Positions 29,414 to 44,954 are shown, counted from the stretch's first letter. The stretch: DNA of 64,000 bases from the human T2T-CHM13v2.0 reference genome, Homo sapiens (GCF_009914755.1 NC_060930.1), one strand, 5' to 3'. A program made the numbers and translations. The notes: a model not told the origin generated them from the sequence alone.

Positions 29414-29759
29414 ATTAATTTTTACAAAATAACTGAATTTGTCACCTCAAAAATAAAAAAAATATATTATTTCAGAATAACCAAAAAGGTTATACTTACT
29501 TGATACTTTGTTTTTGTGAGTTAACAAACCATTATTGCATTTATTTTGGACCTAAATTGCTTAATCAGGTGATACTCTTTTATTGATTTTTCCAATTAAT
29601 TGATGGAGTTGGATAGTGTATCCAGTTCCATCAGAGACTGCTTTGGCCTCAGAGACTGCTTTGATTGGAAGATGATTTATCTGATGTTATCTATCTTTAT
29701 ACATCTCTCCAGCCGATAATGTTAAGTCTAACAATGTGTTTTTCCCTGTTCATCTAATT

Positions 29760-30480
29760 ATTCCAATCTACATAGAAACAAGCTCTACTACCACACATCT
29801 TAAAGAAAAGGACAACCTCCCCTAATACTGTGTGACTTTCCAAATACTACCTCTCAATCACAACAAACCTTTACAAAATAGTCATAGGAGCTGTCTCTAT
29901 TTACTCACCTCTCATTCCCTCTTCTGACTGGCCACTCCTTTCAGGCACCTAATCTTACTGCTTCACTGAATCTACTCCTCTCAGTCAGTTATCTCCATGA
30001 AGCCAAGCACTGTGGTCACGTCTATATTTTTTTCTTACTAAACCTCTTAAGTAGTAATCAACATTATTTTTTTAGTTCTTGACACACTTACTTCTTCTGA
30101 TTTCTGTACCATTGCACTTACTGCTTTTCCCCCACCTTAAAAGGTCCTCCTATTCAGCCTCCTTGACAGTCCTGATTTTCTTCTGTACCTCTAACTGTGG
30201 GAATATTCCAAGCTCCATTCTCTTTACTCTTTATGTGTATTTCCTCCCCAAGTTCTTATATTTACCAGCATAGATTTTAATTGTATCTGCATGTCAATAT
30301 ATTCTATCTCTCTATCTTTCTAGCCTTGACCTGTTTCTCATGGTCCTAACTTAAAAATACATGTTTACTGTATTCCCTATTCTATCTTATTACTGTTGTA
30401 TCTGAAACACCTAGAACAATGCCTGTATCATAGGTTCTTGGTGATTAATGAGTATTTATAGAATGAATTAATAAGTCAGT
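29760..30480 (+). mobile_element. L2 fragments
   Basis: Pyrimidine-rich L2 body ending CACCTAGAACAATGCCTG...GAATGAAT. Confidence 0.6.
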
Positions 30481-32309
30481 GGATGTTTCTAAATATAACA
30501 CATATCTCTAAATAAGCAAAGAGAGAAAGAGTTCACCTGTAAATATGACATCTTTTGGAATACTCTTTGAGAGAAAGTTTGCCCTTCCGGAACACGGGTG
30601 AAATATTGCCCCCAGACATTTTGGATTTTAGTAATTTTTCATGTGACTAGAGAATATTAAAATGCACTACTTTTCTAATCTTTTTTATTCTTAATAGAAT
30701 ACTTCAGATGGTGTTCACAAATCAAAGGTTTCATGTCATAATTTGTAGTAGACTTTATGTCTTTATAAGGTTAATGATTCTTCAATGGATACAAATAATT
30801 AATAACGATGGCATTCCTAAAAGCATAAAAGCATTTTCTAATATTGTATATATTTTAATGGACTATATTGACATTAAACATATTACATAGATGTAACACA
30901 TATTTGTTATAATTACAGTATATGTACATAGATGCAGATAATTATACATTTGTGCTTGTATAGAATATATGTGCTTTTTAACAAACTTTTACAAACTAAC
31001 TTGTAAAGCCATATGTGAATGTATACATAAAAATACCTGTGTAGATAACCATTGTTCTATTTGCAAAATAAATAAGACCAGACTTTACATTTTCCTAAAA
31101 TGTTGTATAATGGAATGATTGCAAGACTAAGATTTAGAAAGACAGGTTTCTAATTCAGCTTTTGCTGCTAACTAATGTGATGTTAAGCAAGTCATTATAT
31201 CCACTAGAATGTAACCTCCATTGGGGCAGGGATTTTGTCTGTTGTGCTCATTGCTGTATTACCAGCATCTGGAAAAGACTGGACCCAGAGTAAGGGCCGA
31301 ACGAATTTGTTGCATGAATTCTGTTTCTCCAGATTTACAGTTTCCACATCTATAAAACAATGTTTCTTCTAATCCTCACATTCCAAATTAATATTGGGAC
31401 CCTTATGAATTTAAACAAGGCAAATTTAAAACTAGAACTGTTTATTGAGCTTCTGCCTGGACCTTTATATTGCTTAATCAATTGAAGCTCTTTTCATGAA
31501 TATTTATTTATATGAATAAGACAACAGTTAGATGTCAGTTCATCTGCCATCTTCATTCAGCAGGACTAAAACAAAAACTTTAATATTAAAAATATTCAAA
31601 TTCACAAAATCAAGTAAATATAAAAGAAAATTCAATAACTAGCCCCTCAAATGATATTTTTCAAGCATTTGTGTCCTTTACACCGTGGAAGCTATTAAAG
31701 TTTAAAACTGCTGTAAGAATTTTGAGACACCCTGTAGATATACCTTTCTTTAAGAAAACTTGATATCCCAACTAAAATATACAAATGAATAAAGATTATT
31801 CACTTTTAAAGTTTTTCTTTTCAGTTTTCATTTTCATTTGTCACCAAATATGTAATGAACAACAATCATGTGAAACCTGTGTTAGATAATGCAAGATAAG
31901 TCAGTTATTGACAGTCTGCACTTCACCGTCATCTGGACTGCCAGCAACACACAGAGCCTGAGATCACTGGTGACAGAGCCTCTGGGTTGGAGTCAACATC
32001 GACATTACAAAGACTGGAGAGGAAGCCTGGGGACCTGTGCACTACTTGCAAGACTGCAGCCCTCCCCTTCCCCTCTGCCACAGCCACCATTACTCACAGC
32101 CTCCCGTCAGCAGGACTGATCCCCGCAGTGTACTGCTTCCCTCTTTCCTCATAGCTTGTGTCGTCACTTCCCCCTGCCCTGCTTAATCAGACCCTGGCTC
32201 CTTTTCAAACAAAATAATTCCCGCTCTACCTCATCACTCTCTACCCCTCTCATCCTGCCTAATTTTTTCCCTATCAGCGATATTGTATCTTCGTTTCACT
32301 GTCTTTCTT

Positions 32310-32609
<300 letters not shown>

Positions 32610-33609
32610 TATTCACTGTCTTTCTTGTATACACACGCAAACTAGAATCTACGCTCCTTTAAAGCAGGAAATTTCTCATCCATCCATATATCTCCAGCAC
32701 CTCGAGCAGTGTATGACACATAATAGATGCTCCATAAATATTTGTAGGATAGATGAATGAACAAAAAACAGAATGAACTAACACTCTAACCTGAACCCGC
32801 CATATTGTTGATCCTCTTAACTGTTTCTCCTCCAGTTTTCAGCAGCACCTCACCGTTTAGATTTAATGTTCCTGCAATTTCTCTAGCCATGATCCTCGTG
32901 ATTTTCAATAACTGGTGTTCTATGCAGATTTTATTATCTCATGCTGTCTTGGATAAACACTTGTAATTCATCTTGGCTCAATACTTTGGTAATATACCCC
33001 TGGGGCTTACCCCTGTCCTTTAAGTGAGATCTGGCCAGTATGTGGCCATGAGTGGCCACTGCTCTACCATAGTGACTTCACAAATGAATTACCTCTAGAA
33101 AGGAATCAACATATAAATGAATAAATACCAAAACTAAACTAAACAGCATTTACAATGGCCATAGATGAAGTCCCTGCCTTCGGTAAGTGTGCACGTTCCA
33201 CAATGACAAGTCAAGTGGACAAGACAGAGTCCAAAAAGGGGATAGGAAGAGAATTCTTGAGCCATAGGTAGGTAAGTGGGAACATCCATGTGACTCTTGG
33301 TAGGAGTATAAATCACTACAATGTTTCTAAAGGGGAATTTAGAAATAGCTATTTAAATTAAACAGATTCCTACCCTTTCAGTAGCATTTCAACTTCTAGT
33401 AATTCATTCTGTAGAAGCTCTCCTATAACAACTGGAAATATCCAATAGCCCATCAATAAAGAGATGGTTTAATGATGAACCACATAGTCATAAAGTGGAA
33501 TAGTGCAATCTTTAAAAAGAATAAATATATACCTGTTTGTGTTACATTATATTAAATGGAATGTGAAAATTGCACATTAGTATATGTGGTGTGATTTCAC
33601 TATCAACAG

Positions 33610-34830
33610 TTTATACCCCTGTTCTAGATACGAGGAATAACAGTGAACAATACTCACAATGACCCTGCTCACATAGAAATTAAATTCTAATTGGAAAACA
33701 GACCACAAACAGATAAAGGTTTAATGGCAGATGAAGCAGTGCTGTGAAGAAAAATAAAGCACAGCAAAGGGATACTATACAAAGCCTCCCTGAGGAGACA
33801 GCCTGTCTTGAAGCAGAAATCTGAATAAGGAGCAAGGCAAGAAAGTCAGAAGAGACAAACAGAAGTAAAAAAGGCCCAGAAGCAGCATGCTTGCAGGCTT
33901 GAGGAAATGCAGGGAAGACAGTGTGACTGGAGAGCATTGATCATATGGAATGAGGGGCAGAAGATGAGATGTGAGGTGTCCAAGGACCAGATGATATGGC
34001 ATTTCCTGGGCCACGATAACAATTTTGGATTTTCATTTTACTTTGGTGATTAATCATTATAAGATCTTGAGCAGGGGAATGATATATTCAGATTTACATT
34101 TTTAAAGACTCACCATGGCTGTTATGTCAAGAATATTCTGAGGAGGAAAGGAATAGAAGCAGTGACACTAGCTGTACGGGTATGGCACTGCTCTTTTGAG
34201 TGATGATAGTGTCTGGACATAGGGTTGGAGCTGTGGAGAGGAAGAAGAATGACCAGACTTGTGATGCATTTTGAAGGCAAAGCCAAGAGGATTCGCTGAT
34301 GGATTGGGTGTGGGGTGTGTTAGAGGAATCAAAGATGATTACAAGGATTTAGGCCTTATCACCCAAGTGAATTGTAGTACCATTTACTGTGGGAGGAGGA
34401 TTTAGTAGTGGGAGGTGGTAGTGTGGTGGAGGTGGGGAAGAGTTCTGTCTTGGATATGTTAATGTTGAAGTGCCTATCAGATCTGTAAATGGAGCTACTA
34501 GGCAATTGGATTAATGACTTCAGCATTTATGGGAAAGGTTAAGACCTTGATGTATATTTGGGAGGCACAAGGGCATAGGTGGCTTTGTTAGCTATGTTAA
34601 AGCTATGTTAGAGATCACCTAGGAAGTAAGTGTAGAAGAAAGCAAAAGGTCTGAGGCCTGAGGTCTAGGGATTGTCTATTTCTAAAAATCTCAAAGAGGA
34701 AAAATCCAGCAGAAGAGACTGGGAAGTAACAACCAATGTCAAAGAAGGAAAAACGGAGAATGTGGATCACAGTAGCCAAGTGAAGAAGCTTGTATAGGTA
34801 TAAAGAAAAAATAGTTCCCAAATTACTAAC
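33610..34830 (-). mobile_element. L2 fragment
   Basis: CAGATTTACATTTTTAAAGACTCACC...GGATTCGCTGATGGATTGG...TTGGATATGTTAATGTTGAAGTGCCT motifs. Confidence 0.75.
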
Positions 34831-36173
34831 CATTGTCTTCCTTGAGTGGTGAAATTATAGGGGGCATTCAATGTTGGCAATTTCTGTAACATTTAAATAT
34901 TTTGTAATATACATATATTGTCTTTGTAAGCAAAAATAGCAATAAAAAGGTTAAGAACAATAAAAAATAAAAATTTTAATGAACATACTAAATGTGTAGG
35001 AAGGATCAGCATTAAGTTCATATAGCATAACCTATTATATCTTTGATTAGACAATTTACAAAAGGAATCCAGTGACCAAAAATGAGAGGGAAAAAATGCA
35101 GTGTTTCAAATGGCTTATCTAAGAGTGTATTTAGGTACCTGCTTTGTAAAGGTTTTATGTGGATTGAAAAGTTAATGTGTTTATATAGTAGTTATGTATG
35201 TAATTATGTATATAGAGCATTTTTCATATATTATTAATGGGTATTATATGATACTATACAGAAACTAAAGCGAAAACCAGAAATTTATATAGGACGTATA
35301 GATGGAATAAAGTCTAACAGTTTTCCTAACCTATTGATACTGCTTATACATGTAAGCAAGTAAATATTTTAGAATTTATTTCCATGCTATGAATAGAATG
35401 CTGGTTAGTGCATTTCAAAGTGGCTCAAGAAAATTCCTCTGAGCTTATCAAGAACTGAAATGCAAATGTATGTAATTCCCAGTACAAATGGAGGTGTACA
35501 CCCCAAACTGCCAGTCAGAACTCATGCAGCTGAGTCAAAAGGCCATGAGGTAGCTGTGTAGTCTTTGAATTAAGATAAAACCTGTTACACCTAACTCCAT
35601 AATCTATATGGAGTAGAAATAAGTATAAATATTATATAGTGTATGTTAAAGTGCTGCAAAAATCATCAATTAAAATACTAGTTTCTCTTCATGAGGATTG
35701 CTGATACGTGACAGTAAAACTGTGGTATTTTTCAAACTGGGTTCCAAATGCACCTTCTCCTTAAAAGAACACGACCTGTCCTTTGGGACTATTCATACAC
35801 ATTTAGTGAATTCCGTATTAGGAGAAACCTATTAGATTGTTCACCATTATCTTTCCACAGAACAGTTGGGTGCCAAATTCAGATTTTCATTGAAGTTGTC
35901 ACCATCAATAATACAATGATTTCATTTTGGCTGATTGAGATTTAGGCAGTCACTGAAACTGTGGCCATGGCATAGCATCCAGTGGTACTCCCCTTAGCCA
36001 AGCATACTTTGGCAAGGAGCCTGAATCAAGCAAAGTACTCCCTTAGGTTACTATTTTTCTGATTAAATTTGTAATTATGTGTAAAATTAACTATTGTATT
36101 TGCAGGATCAATTGATATTCAGGAGTAAACTGTCTAAATAAAACTTAGAGTTTCTTTTACTCTCTCCTGTCAG

Positions 36174-36312
36174 AGTCGGGCCACAAAAAGTTAAAAAGTA
36201 CCATCCAGAGAAGCACAGAAACAGGCATGGCAGCTGAAATGAGAAAGATGGTAAGGCAGCCGAGCCGAGAGTCTACTGATGGCAGCATCAACAGTTACAG
36301 CTCTGAGGGCAA
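36174..36312 (+). CDS. RIMS1: RIMS1 coding exon (5th from last): (E)SGHKKLKSTIQRSTETGMAAEMRKMVRQPSRESTDGSINSYSSEG(N)
   Basis: Polypyrimidine tract plus CAG acceptor (36171-36173); donor GTAAGT at 36313. 139 nt, phase 1 to phase 2, open frame. Peptide recognised as the RIM1 region just before C2B. Confidence 0.96.
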
Positions 36313-38273
36313 GTAAGTGCTGTCAGCACGTCTGCATGGCTGTGGAACCAGGAATTGTGTACTAATCAGTAAGATAACAAAGCCACTGAGTGTTACTGTG
36401 CAGCTTCTCTATTTAATCAGAAGTTCAACCATCCATTTTAAACCACCCTGATGGCTTATAAGTAAGTACACATGGACACACCTCTACACCTGGTCATTCA
36501 TACCTTTCAAAGGGTGAAGAAATTCTGAGTCCACATGAACAAATTGATTTCTTGCATCTAGGAAAGCCCAGACTAGTTCCTTACTGGATGTTTAGTGTAC
36601 AAATGCCACAGGTAATGGACTCTTTCATATGGGAAACTCATAGTCTGTCCCTGTCACCAAAGTCCAAGTTAAAATTTATAAGTAAGGAACTGATTTCCCA
36701 TTTTCTTAATTTTCTCCAAGCTATTTTGGACCCTAAGCTTTTCTAAGTCTAACACTGTCATATATGTAAGTTACATTTTCTTGTTTTTAAAACATTGCTG
36801 ACTCATTTTTACCTTAGGAAATAATCCAGGGTCTATCAGCTTCATTATTTTTCTGACTAAAATGTTTTAGTTAATTCTGAAAAAATAGAATACGATTTTT
36901 AAAAATTTACTCTTTTCGATTCTTTTTCTTTTTTTTTTTTTTTTACCATTTCATATGGATCCTGCACAAAACCTGCTTCTTCCTATGCTTGAGAATATTT
37001 CTGGTAAAATTGAATTTTTATTGAGGTAGTGGATCTTACAAATAAGTAATTAATGTGTTGTTTTGGATTACATGGAGATTCACCACATATAAATTTTCCA
37101 TAATTATTTGTTCATTACCATTCACATTACTCATATACCAATTTGATATTTCTAATTTCTTGTCTTTACTGGAATTTTTCTATATTGTTTAGAAAATTTA
37201 ACAGAATTATGCCAAGTTACTGTTTGTGATATTCCTTCCCATTCCTGAAACTAGTTGGTCTCTGTTTAGTTGGTCAAATGATTGGCTTGTTATGCATGTT
37301 TCCAGTAAGGAATATAAGAACAAAAATCAGCAGGTATGAAAGTTACAGAGATAAACTTACTGACAAAATACCCATATTTGATGAAGTAGCATAAAGTAAT
37401 ATACAAATGAGACTTGAACACATCATTTTCTGATATAAAAAAGTAACAAATAAAATTTGCCTCCATCATAAACCATTTAATCTCTTGGATTTATTTTCAT
37501 GGTCTCTGGATGGGATTATAATCTGTGTCCCATTTAATTTCCTTGGTTAAAAGAAATAATAGATGTGAAAGCACAATGGAAAGAGTAAGTCTCTATAGAA
37601 ATATGCTCATTCAAAAAATGCTTATTGAATGCCTATCACATAATGAGCATAGTTGTCATTACCCAGTGATAACTACATCAGTCAACAAGAAGAGAACAGG
37701 CACTGCCCTTGTGCAGCTTACATCCTGGGGCTATCAGGAAGTTGTATTATAGGAAGAAATACAGATTTTTTAACCAATTAATTTCCATTGGAACCAAATA
37801 AAAGTCTCAAATAATTCATCTTTGAATCAATTAAATGTTTATAAATAAGAACTTGAACTATGTTATAACATTTATTCAAGAAATTATTGGCCACTTTAAA
37901 AATTTAGCATGAATGTTACCTAATGTTCATGAGCAAGTATCTGTGTGAAGTTTATGATATAAAAATTCGCATCTTATGTTTTTTTGTCAGCAACACATTT
38001 ATATAAGGATTTGGAACTTGGTATATTAAAAACTATAACTGAGCCCTCTTGAATAGAGCATTAGGTGTTAAATTGAGAGTTTACACCTTTCCTCAGTCAA
38101 TGTTAAGCCTCATATGCTTGGCTCAAAGGCAATGCAAAGAATCAATTAAAAAAACAGATTGTCTAAGTAATATTTATGTTTCATGATCATAATTAGTCAA
38201 GTGGAAACTAGTGAAAAGAATTCTAGAAGATTTCATGGGTTTTTTCCTTTGGTTTTTATCCTTTTGCTGATAG

Positions 38274-38386
38274 TTTAATATTTCCTGGAGTGCGACTGGG
38301 AGCTGACAGTCAATTCAGTGATTTTCTTGATGGATTGGGACCAGCCCAGCTTGTTGGCCGCCAAACCCTTGCCACCCCTGCAATGG
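38274..38386 (+). CDS. RIMS1: RIMS1 coding exon: (N)LIFPGVRLGADSQFSDFLDGLGPAQLVGRQTLATPAM(G)
   Basis: TAG acceptor 38271-38273; donor GTAAG at 38387. 113 nt, phase 2 to phase 1, in frame with the previous exon. Contains the conserved RIM motif FLDGLGPAQLVGRQTL. Confidence 0.97.
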
Positions 38387-39018
38387 GTAAGAATCATTTT
38401 TTTTTTCTACAAGAAAATTGATGTTTTGTGTTTGACAAAGTCATTTAAAATATTTAAAATTGTGTAATAGCAATACAAGTGAGAAGCAACATTTTAGCTA
38501 CAGAGTTACTGTTTGCAAACAACTATTCTAATTTCAAGTGCATTTTTCTAATTTGAGATGTTATGAAAAAAGAAGTAAAATTAGCTATAAATATTTGAAT
38601 TACCAGAAACCCTGATATAATAGATGTAAATGTAGGACATGGGTGGCATTTCACAGCATGGAAAAAAAAAAAAAAAGACTGTTCAGTAAAGTATAGTAAC
38701 ATAACTATTTACCTGTGTGAAAAAATTAATGGAATTCCCTCACGCCTACACAACTTACCAAAAAAGTTAGTATTTTAGACTCAACTATAAAAAAGAAAAG
38801 GGAAGGTGGAGAAAAACACTAAAAAGTACTGGAGAACACTTAAGTTAATCTGTCTGTAATCTTGCAGTGGGAAAGAACTTCAGCAAAATGCATGAAAATA
38901 GATCAGCTTGAAGACACAACATAGTGGAATTTCACAATACTGAGGCTTGATAGAAAATCATGCAAGCTTCCTAAGAGGAAAAATAATTTTACAAAAAAAC
39001 TATCAAAAATCAGATTCT

Positions 39019-39319
<301 letters not shown>

Positions 39320-42306
39320 TCAGATTCTCATTGAGCTCTTCGTATTTTCATTGGATTCTTCAATATACTGGAAGCCAGAAGACTGTTAGCATTACCTTCA
39401 GAATTCGGAGGAACAAGAGATTTCCAACCTAGAATACAAAAGCCAGCCAAACTATCAAGTAATTTTGAGGCTACAGTAGGTACATACTCGGCCCCAAGCA
39501 AGGCCTCAAATCATTTTCCTCATTTCTAACATTTCTCAGAAAGCTACTTGAAGATTTACTTTGACCAAACGAACTAAACGACTTTTCAAAATTATGAACT
39601 AAAAAAAAAAAAAAAAAAGATGGAACCAAAAAACAAATGCTTCCTCACAAGGTAAATATGATTGGGATACCCAGGATGATAGCAAAGGAAGAACTAAAGA
39701 TAGCTGCAGCTAGGTTTCAAAGCAGCGTTCAAATTGGGTCATGTCAGACTTCATGAGATAAAATCTATAGAATACCTAATGGGTTTGATTTTTATGGAAG
39801 AGATAAACAACCAGGAGAAACTAAGATTTGAACTAGTGAGGTCTTCATAAAAATGTAAGCAAATGCTTTTTTAAAAGATACTAATTAAGTGTAGGGAAAA
39901 AGAAGGTCTGTCTAAGAAATAAGAAGTAGTTATAATATTCTAGTTCACAAAGTTATGCATAAGGTTACATAGTCAAAATAATATAAATATTAATATTGGG
40001 AGAATGGGATGACAGAAATTGTCAAGTATGTAGTAGGGGTAGGAAGGCAGTGAAAGAGATCAAAATTGAAGTCAATAATAATATCTAAAACTGCAAAAAG
40101 GAAAATATAAGTATAGTGCTTAGAAATAAGGAGGCAAATTCCAGAAAGTAAATCAGATAAAAATATTGAAAATTTTGGAAGCAATAATTTTTGGAAGACA
40201 AGAAGTTGAGAGACAGGTAGAAGTTAGTTATGCATAAACATAACAGGTTTTATAGAACAATTGGGGATATGTGTGTGATTTAAAAAGAAATCTTTAAGAA
40301 ACATTAAAAGGACAAAAAGAGAACAAAAGACTTCTAGGAACTGAGGTCTAAAACAGAATTATAAAACTAATGAATGTCTAGAACAACAAAGTTGATCAAC
40401 TGACCAGACAAATAAAGAGAATCCATGCCTGAGAAAATGGAAATGATTCAACTAAGTAAAAATAACTTAGAAATTTTCAGAGATAAAGTATCATATAATC
40501 CACAGAGAAAAACACCAAGAGATTATTAAACAAAAAGGAAGTATATATTTTTAAGAAAGAAAGTTAGAGAATGGGAAATATAGTGACTTAAAATTTAAAA
40601 CTCTGGATGAGCTAAATAGTATACTGAACAAAGCTTAAGATATAATTAGCTACAAGAACTATAGAATACCACCAATAACATGGCTTATATAAATTTAAAA
40701 AAATCTTTTGTAAGAGAGGAGAATTCAGGATGTAGGAAGAATAAACCAAAAAGCTCAAACTTACTCTAATAGGAGCCTAAAAAGAGAATAGAGAGACAGT
40801 TTTTGGAGAAAAATAATGATGCCTGAACTGTTTTAAGAAAAACATAAAACCTGAGAGATTGAAAGAGCACACTGAGTGGTGAACTGAACAATCTGTACAA
40901 AACAAACAAACAAGGAAAAGCTTCTTCATGCAATTTCAGGACATCATCTCAAGTCATGAAGAAGAAAAAGAAGATTACCTAAAATAAAAAACATGATGGA
41001 GAATTTCATCAGAAAACTCAAATCTTTAAGAGCCCAGTAGAAATTATAGAATTGAAAAATAAACTAAACTTAAGAATTCAATGGATGAGTTACCAGCAGT
41101 TTAGACAGAGTTGAGGAGAGAATTGGTTAATGGTTAATTGGAGGACAGAGCCATAAGAAAGTATCCAGAATTAATTGGACACATAAAATAATGGAAAATA
41201 TGAATAAGAAGTTATAAGACCGAGCAGAAAAGTGAGGTCTAATATATGTCTAATTAGTCCCAGAATAGGGAAAGGAGTATAGGCCAGAAGCCATTGAAAA
41301 TATAATGGTTGAGTGAGAATTATTCACATGTTTCTAGCATAAAAGAAAAAACAAATATTTAAGGTAATGATATCCCAATTACACTGATTTGATCATAACA
41401 AAGTATATGAATGTATTAAATTATCACACATACCTCAAAAATATGTACATATATTATGTACATATTATGTATCAATAAATAAAAAGTAAAATGGAAAATA
41501 GACAATAAAATGTAACAATAAAAATTATATATATAATTGAAAAATTTTCAGAACTGAAAATAAATATAGTCATACTTTCCAGAGACCCTAATGAACCCCA
41601 AGAAAAGCAAATTCAGCAATGCTAAAAATAATATTATCACAACCAAATGGGATTTTTTTTTCATGAACACATGGTTGGTTTAATATTTGAAAACTAATAT
41701 AATTGATCACATTGCTGTAATAAAAAAGAAAAAATGACCATCTTAAGTATCCAAAAAAATGTTTGATAAAATTCAGTTTTAATTTATGATAGAAAATTAT
41801 CAGACTGAAAATAGAGTGGAGTTTACTTATCTGTTAACGTTTCTACAAAACACACGTGTGTATGTGTGTGTGTATTTGTGTATTTGCACATCAGATTGTC
41901 CAAATTGTTTAAATCTTTTAATATAAGTAGCAAAGACATTCAGAAATATGCATTCTGATACACTACTATTAGAAGCATAATTTGGTGCAGTCACCAATTG
42001 GAATAATATGGCAGCATCTAGTAAAAATAAAAATGTAGATGTGCTGTGACCCAGCAATACAACTTCTAATTTACATATCCTCAAGAAACTCTTTGCAGCA
42101 TTTTTTTGTAGCAGCACCAAATAGGAAAACCAAGACCCCTAATTGGAGAGTAGATAAATAAATATGACATTCATGTAATGGAATATTATAGAGAAATTAA
42201 AGGGAATGTCCTAGATCTCAACACATCAACTTGGATGGATATCTAAGAAAATATTACTAAGTGAAGAAGGAAAATTGCTGAATGATACCACTTATACAAA
42301 TGCTTA

Positions 42307-42611
42307 GGCTGGACACGGTGGCTCACACCTGTAATCCCAGCACTTTGGGAGGCCAAGGCAGGCAGATCACCGGAGGTCAGGAGTTTGAGACCAGCCTGAC
42401 CAACATGGCAAAACCCTGTCTCCACTAAAAATACAAAATATAGCCAGGCATGGTGGCACATGCCTGTAGTCCCAGCTACTCAGGAGACTGAGGCAGGAGA
42501 ATCGCTTCAGCCCAGGAGATGGAGGTTACAGTGAGCCAAGATCACACCACTGCACTCCAACCTGGACGACAGAGCAAGCCTCTGTCTCAAATAAATAAAT
42601 AAATAAATAAA
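42307..42611 (+). mobile_element. Alu (AluS-type) with (TAAA)n tail
   Basis: Full dimeric Alu; GCTTA repeated on both flanks. Confidence 0.95.
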
Positions 42612-43367
42612 GCTTAAAATTTGGAAATTTATTTAAGATGGACAGTTGTTAAAAAATATAACCTACCACAAAGAATTTAAGAGTAAATAGAAAGCTGAAA
42701 AAACCTGAGTAGAACTATAACTACCAGTATTTAACATTCTACTTACCAAAAAATGGGGAGAATACACCCAGATATTTTCACAGATGAGTTCTAATAAATA
42801 TGAACTCAAGAGACATGAAAATTATGAAACAAATATTTTCATGAAATAAAAAGGAAGGGACTCATTCTAGTTGCTAATCTAATTTTGTATCAAACTATAC
42901 ATGGGCTACATAGTGCTCCTTAATAATCAAAGAAATGCAAATTAAAATATCGTTTTAACCAGATTGGCAAAAATTAAGCATTTTTTTGATACTGATATTA
43001 GACATATTGCTAATACCAATGTTAGAGTGTGGGAAGCAGGAAGAGCTATATTTCTGGTGATAGTGCAAACTGGAACAACCTTTCTGGAGGAGTTGGCAGT
43101 ATGCATGGAATTTTTGGATGTCCATACTATTAGATATGAAAATTTAAAATCTTGGAATTTGATGTTCAAAAAATAACTGATACAAGAATGCGTACAAGAA
43201 TTCTTATAAAACTGTTCATTATAACCCTATTTACATACACTGCACTATAAAATAGTTTATGTAAATAACCTTTATTTCCATCAATAGGAGTCTGATTTAA
43301 TAGGTAATGACATGTCCATGCAGTAGTCCATACAGTCAATAAAATGATGGTGTATGATCATGATTGC

Positions 43368-43416
43368 TGATAGATAGATAAATAGATAGATAGACAGACA
43401 GGCAGAGAGATTGATA
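43368..43416. repeat. (GATA)n/(GACA)n microsatellite
   Basis: Directly visible. Confidence 0.85.
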
Positions 43417-43824
43417 GAAGTATAAGAATGCTAGGATATTCACCAAATATTAATGGTGGCTTTCTCTGGATAATGAAAATACATATGGTTACAATTTTTT
43501 ATTATATACTGGATGAAATAAGAGTAAGAAATCTTATTAAGTACAAGAATTATAGAAATACTTTAGTGTTGTTATAGTCATTTATTAACTAATTTGCAAA
43601 TCTCATAAGAGGTATTAATACCAGAAAAAATAAGAGAATGGTTTCCAAATTTGATTTGGAAACTGAGAAAGAAAAGTGGATTGTGGAGTGAGGGGTCTAA
43701 ATATTAGTTTCTTATCAAAATCATGAAGATAAAAATCTGTAGTCTGTTACGGGCTCTCCTTTTTGTTTTAACTGCACATAACTGCAAAGAAGCTGAAACA
43801 CATCTTGCTCCTTTCCATTTGCAG

Positions 43825-43926
43825 GTGATATACAAATAGGAATGGAGGACAAAAAGGGCCAATTAGAAGTGGAAGTCATTAGAGCACGAAGCCTCACACA
43901 AAAGCCTGGTTCCAAATCTACACCTG
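43825..43926 (+). CDS. RIMS1: RIMS1 coding exon, start of C2B: (G)DIQIGMEDKKGQLEVEVIRARSLTQKPGSKSTP(A)
   Basis: TTTCCATTTGCAG acceptor; donor GTAAGG at 43927. 102 nt, symmetric phase 1. C2-type strand LEVEVIRAR. Confidence 0.97.
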
Positions 43927-44530
43927 GTAAGGAGAAGTATTCCTGAATTTGGTGAAGGGACTATTTAATAGGCAAACAAATAAAAACATTTGCTGCATTT
44001 GAATTTCATATGCTCTGTTTTGCATCATCTGATTGATTAAAAAAGCAGTGTTTCTGTGTTCTTTGATGTTATTAAAACGGATTTGGGTTTTCCTTGCACA
44101 GTTATTCTTTCAGAAGGTGTTAGGAAGTATGTTATAATATTTTTTTTAAAGTTTAGTTATGGTCGTTTCTTAGCTTGTGTCAATTATTTTCTTTTTGCAC
44201 ACTTAGAAAGGCAAAAGAAAAAAAGAATATAGTTCTAATCATAAAAAGGTAACAATGAGCTTTAAGATATAAACCTGCATTGTAACCCAAGTAAGTCAAA
44301 GTCTTCAAATAACTTTGTATACATTGAGTCAAAATGAGGAAAATGGCAGTAATGGTAACATATAGATTTAAGGAACAGAATTTATGGAGCAATGGAAATT
44401 TTAAGTAATTTAAACAGTCAATGGGAAACTTTCAGTAAGCATCTCTAATTCTCTAATAGGGAATTCTCTAATTAAAAAAATAGTTGAATTTAAGGAATAA
44501 TTTCTTATATGTTAATATACCTTTGTTTAG

Positions 44531-44670
44531 CTCCATATGTCAAAGTATATCTTTTGGAAAATGGGGCCTGTATAGCCAAGAAGAAGACAAGAATTGCACG
44601 AAAAACCCTTGATCCTTTGTATCAGCAGTCTCTGGTTTTTGATGAAAGTCCACAGGGTAAAGTTCTTCAG
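44531..44670 (+). CDS. RIMS1: RIMS1 coding exon, C2B: (A)PYVKVYLLENGACIAKKKTRIARKTLDPLYQQSLVFDESPQGKVLQ
   Basis: TTTGTTTAG acceptor; donor CAG|GTCAGT. 140 nt, phase 1 to phase 0. Lies inside ORF 44509..44703. C2 signature PYVKVYL...KKKT...TLDP. Confidence 0.98.
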
Positions 44671-44954
44671 GTCAGTAATAGTTTGTTTGGCTTTTTACAT
44701 TGAAATGTCTGTTTTACCCATACATCGAAGAGATGGTCAAACACAAAGAGAATAAAATTTGGTAAAGATAAATGTAGGATAATATTCTTGAGTAGACAAA
44801 ATTCAAATGGTTAGTTTATAATATAAATAATATATAATATCAAAAATATTTGGTGGGTCTAATAGAGAACAATTTTATTTTATCTCTCTCTCTTCTTGTC
44901 TTTTCTCTCTCTATCCTCTCCTTCTAGCTTTGCCCTGTTCCCAGCCCTCCTCAC

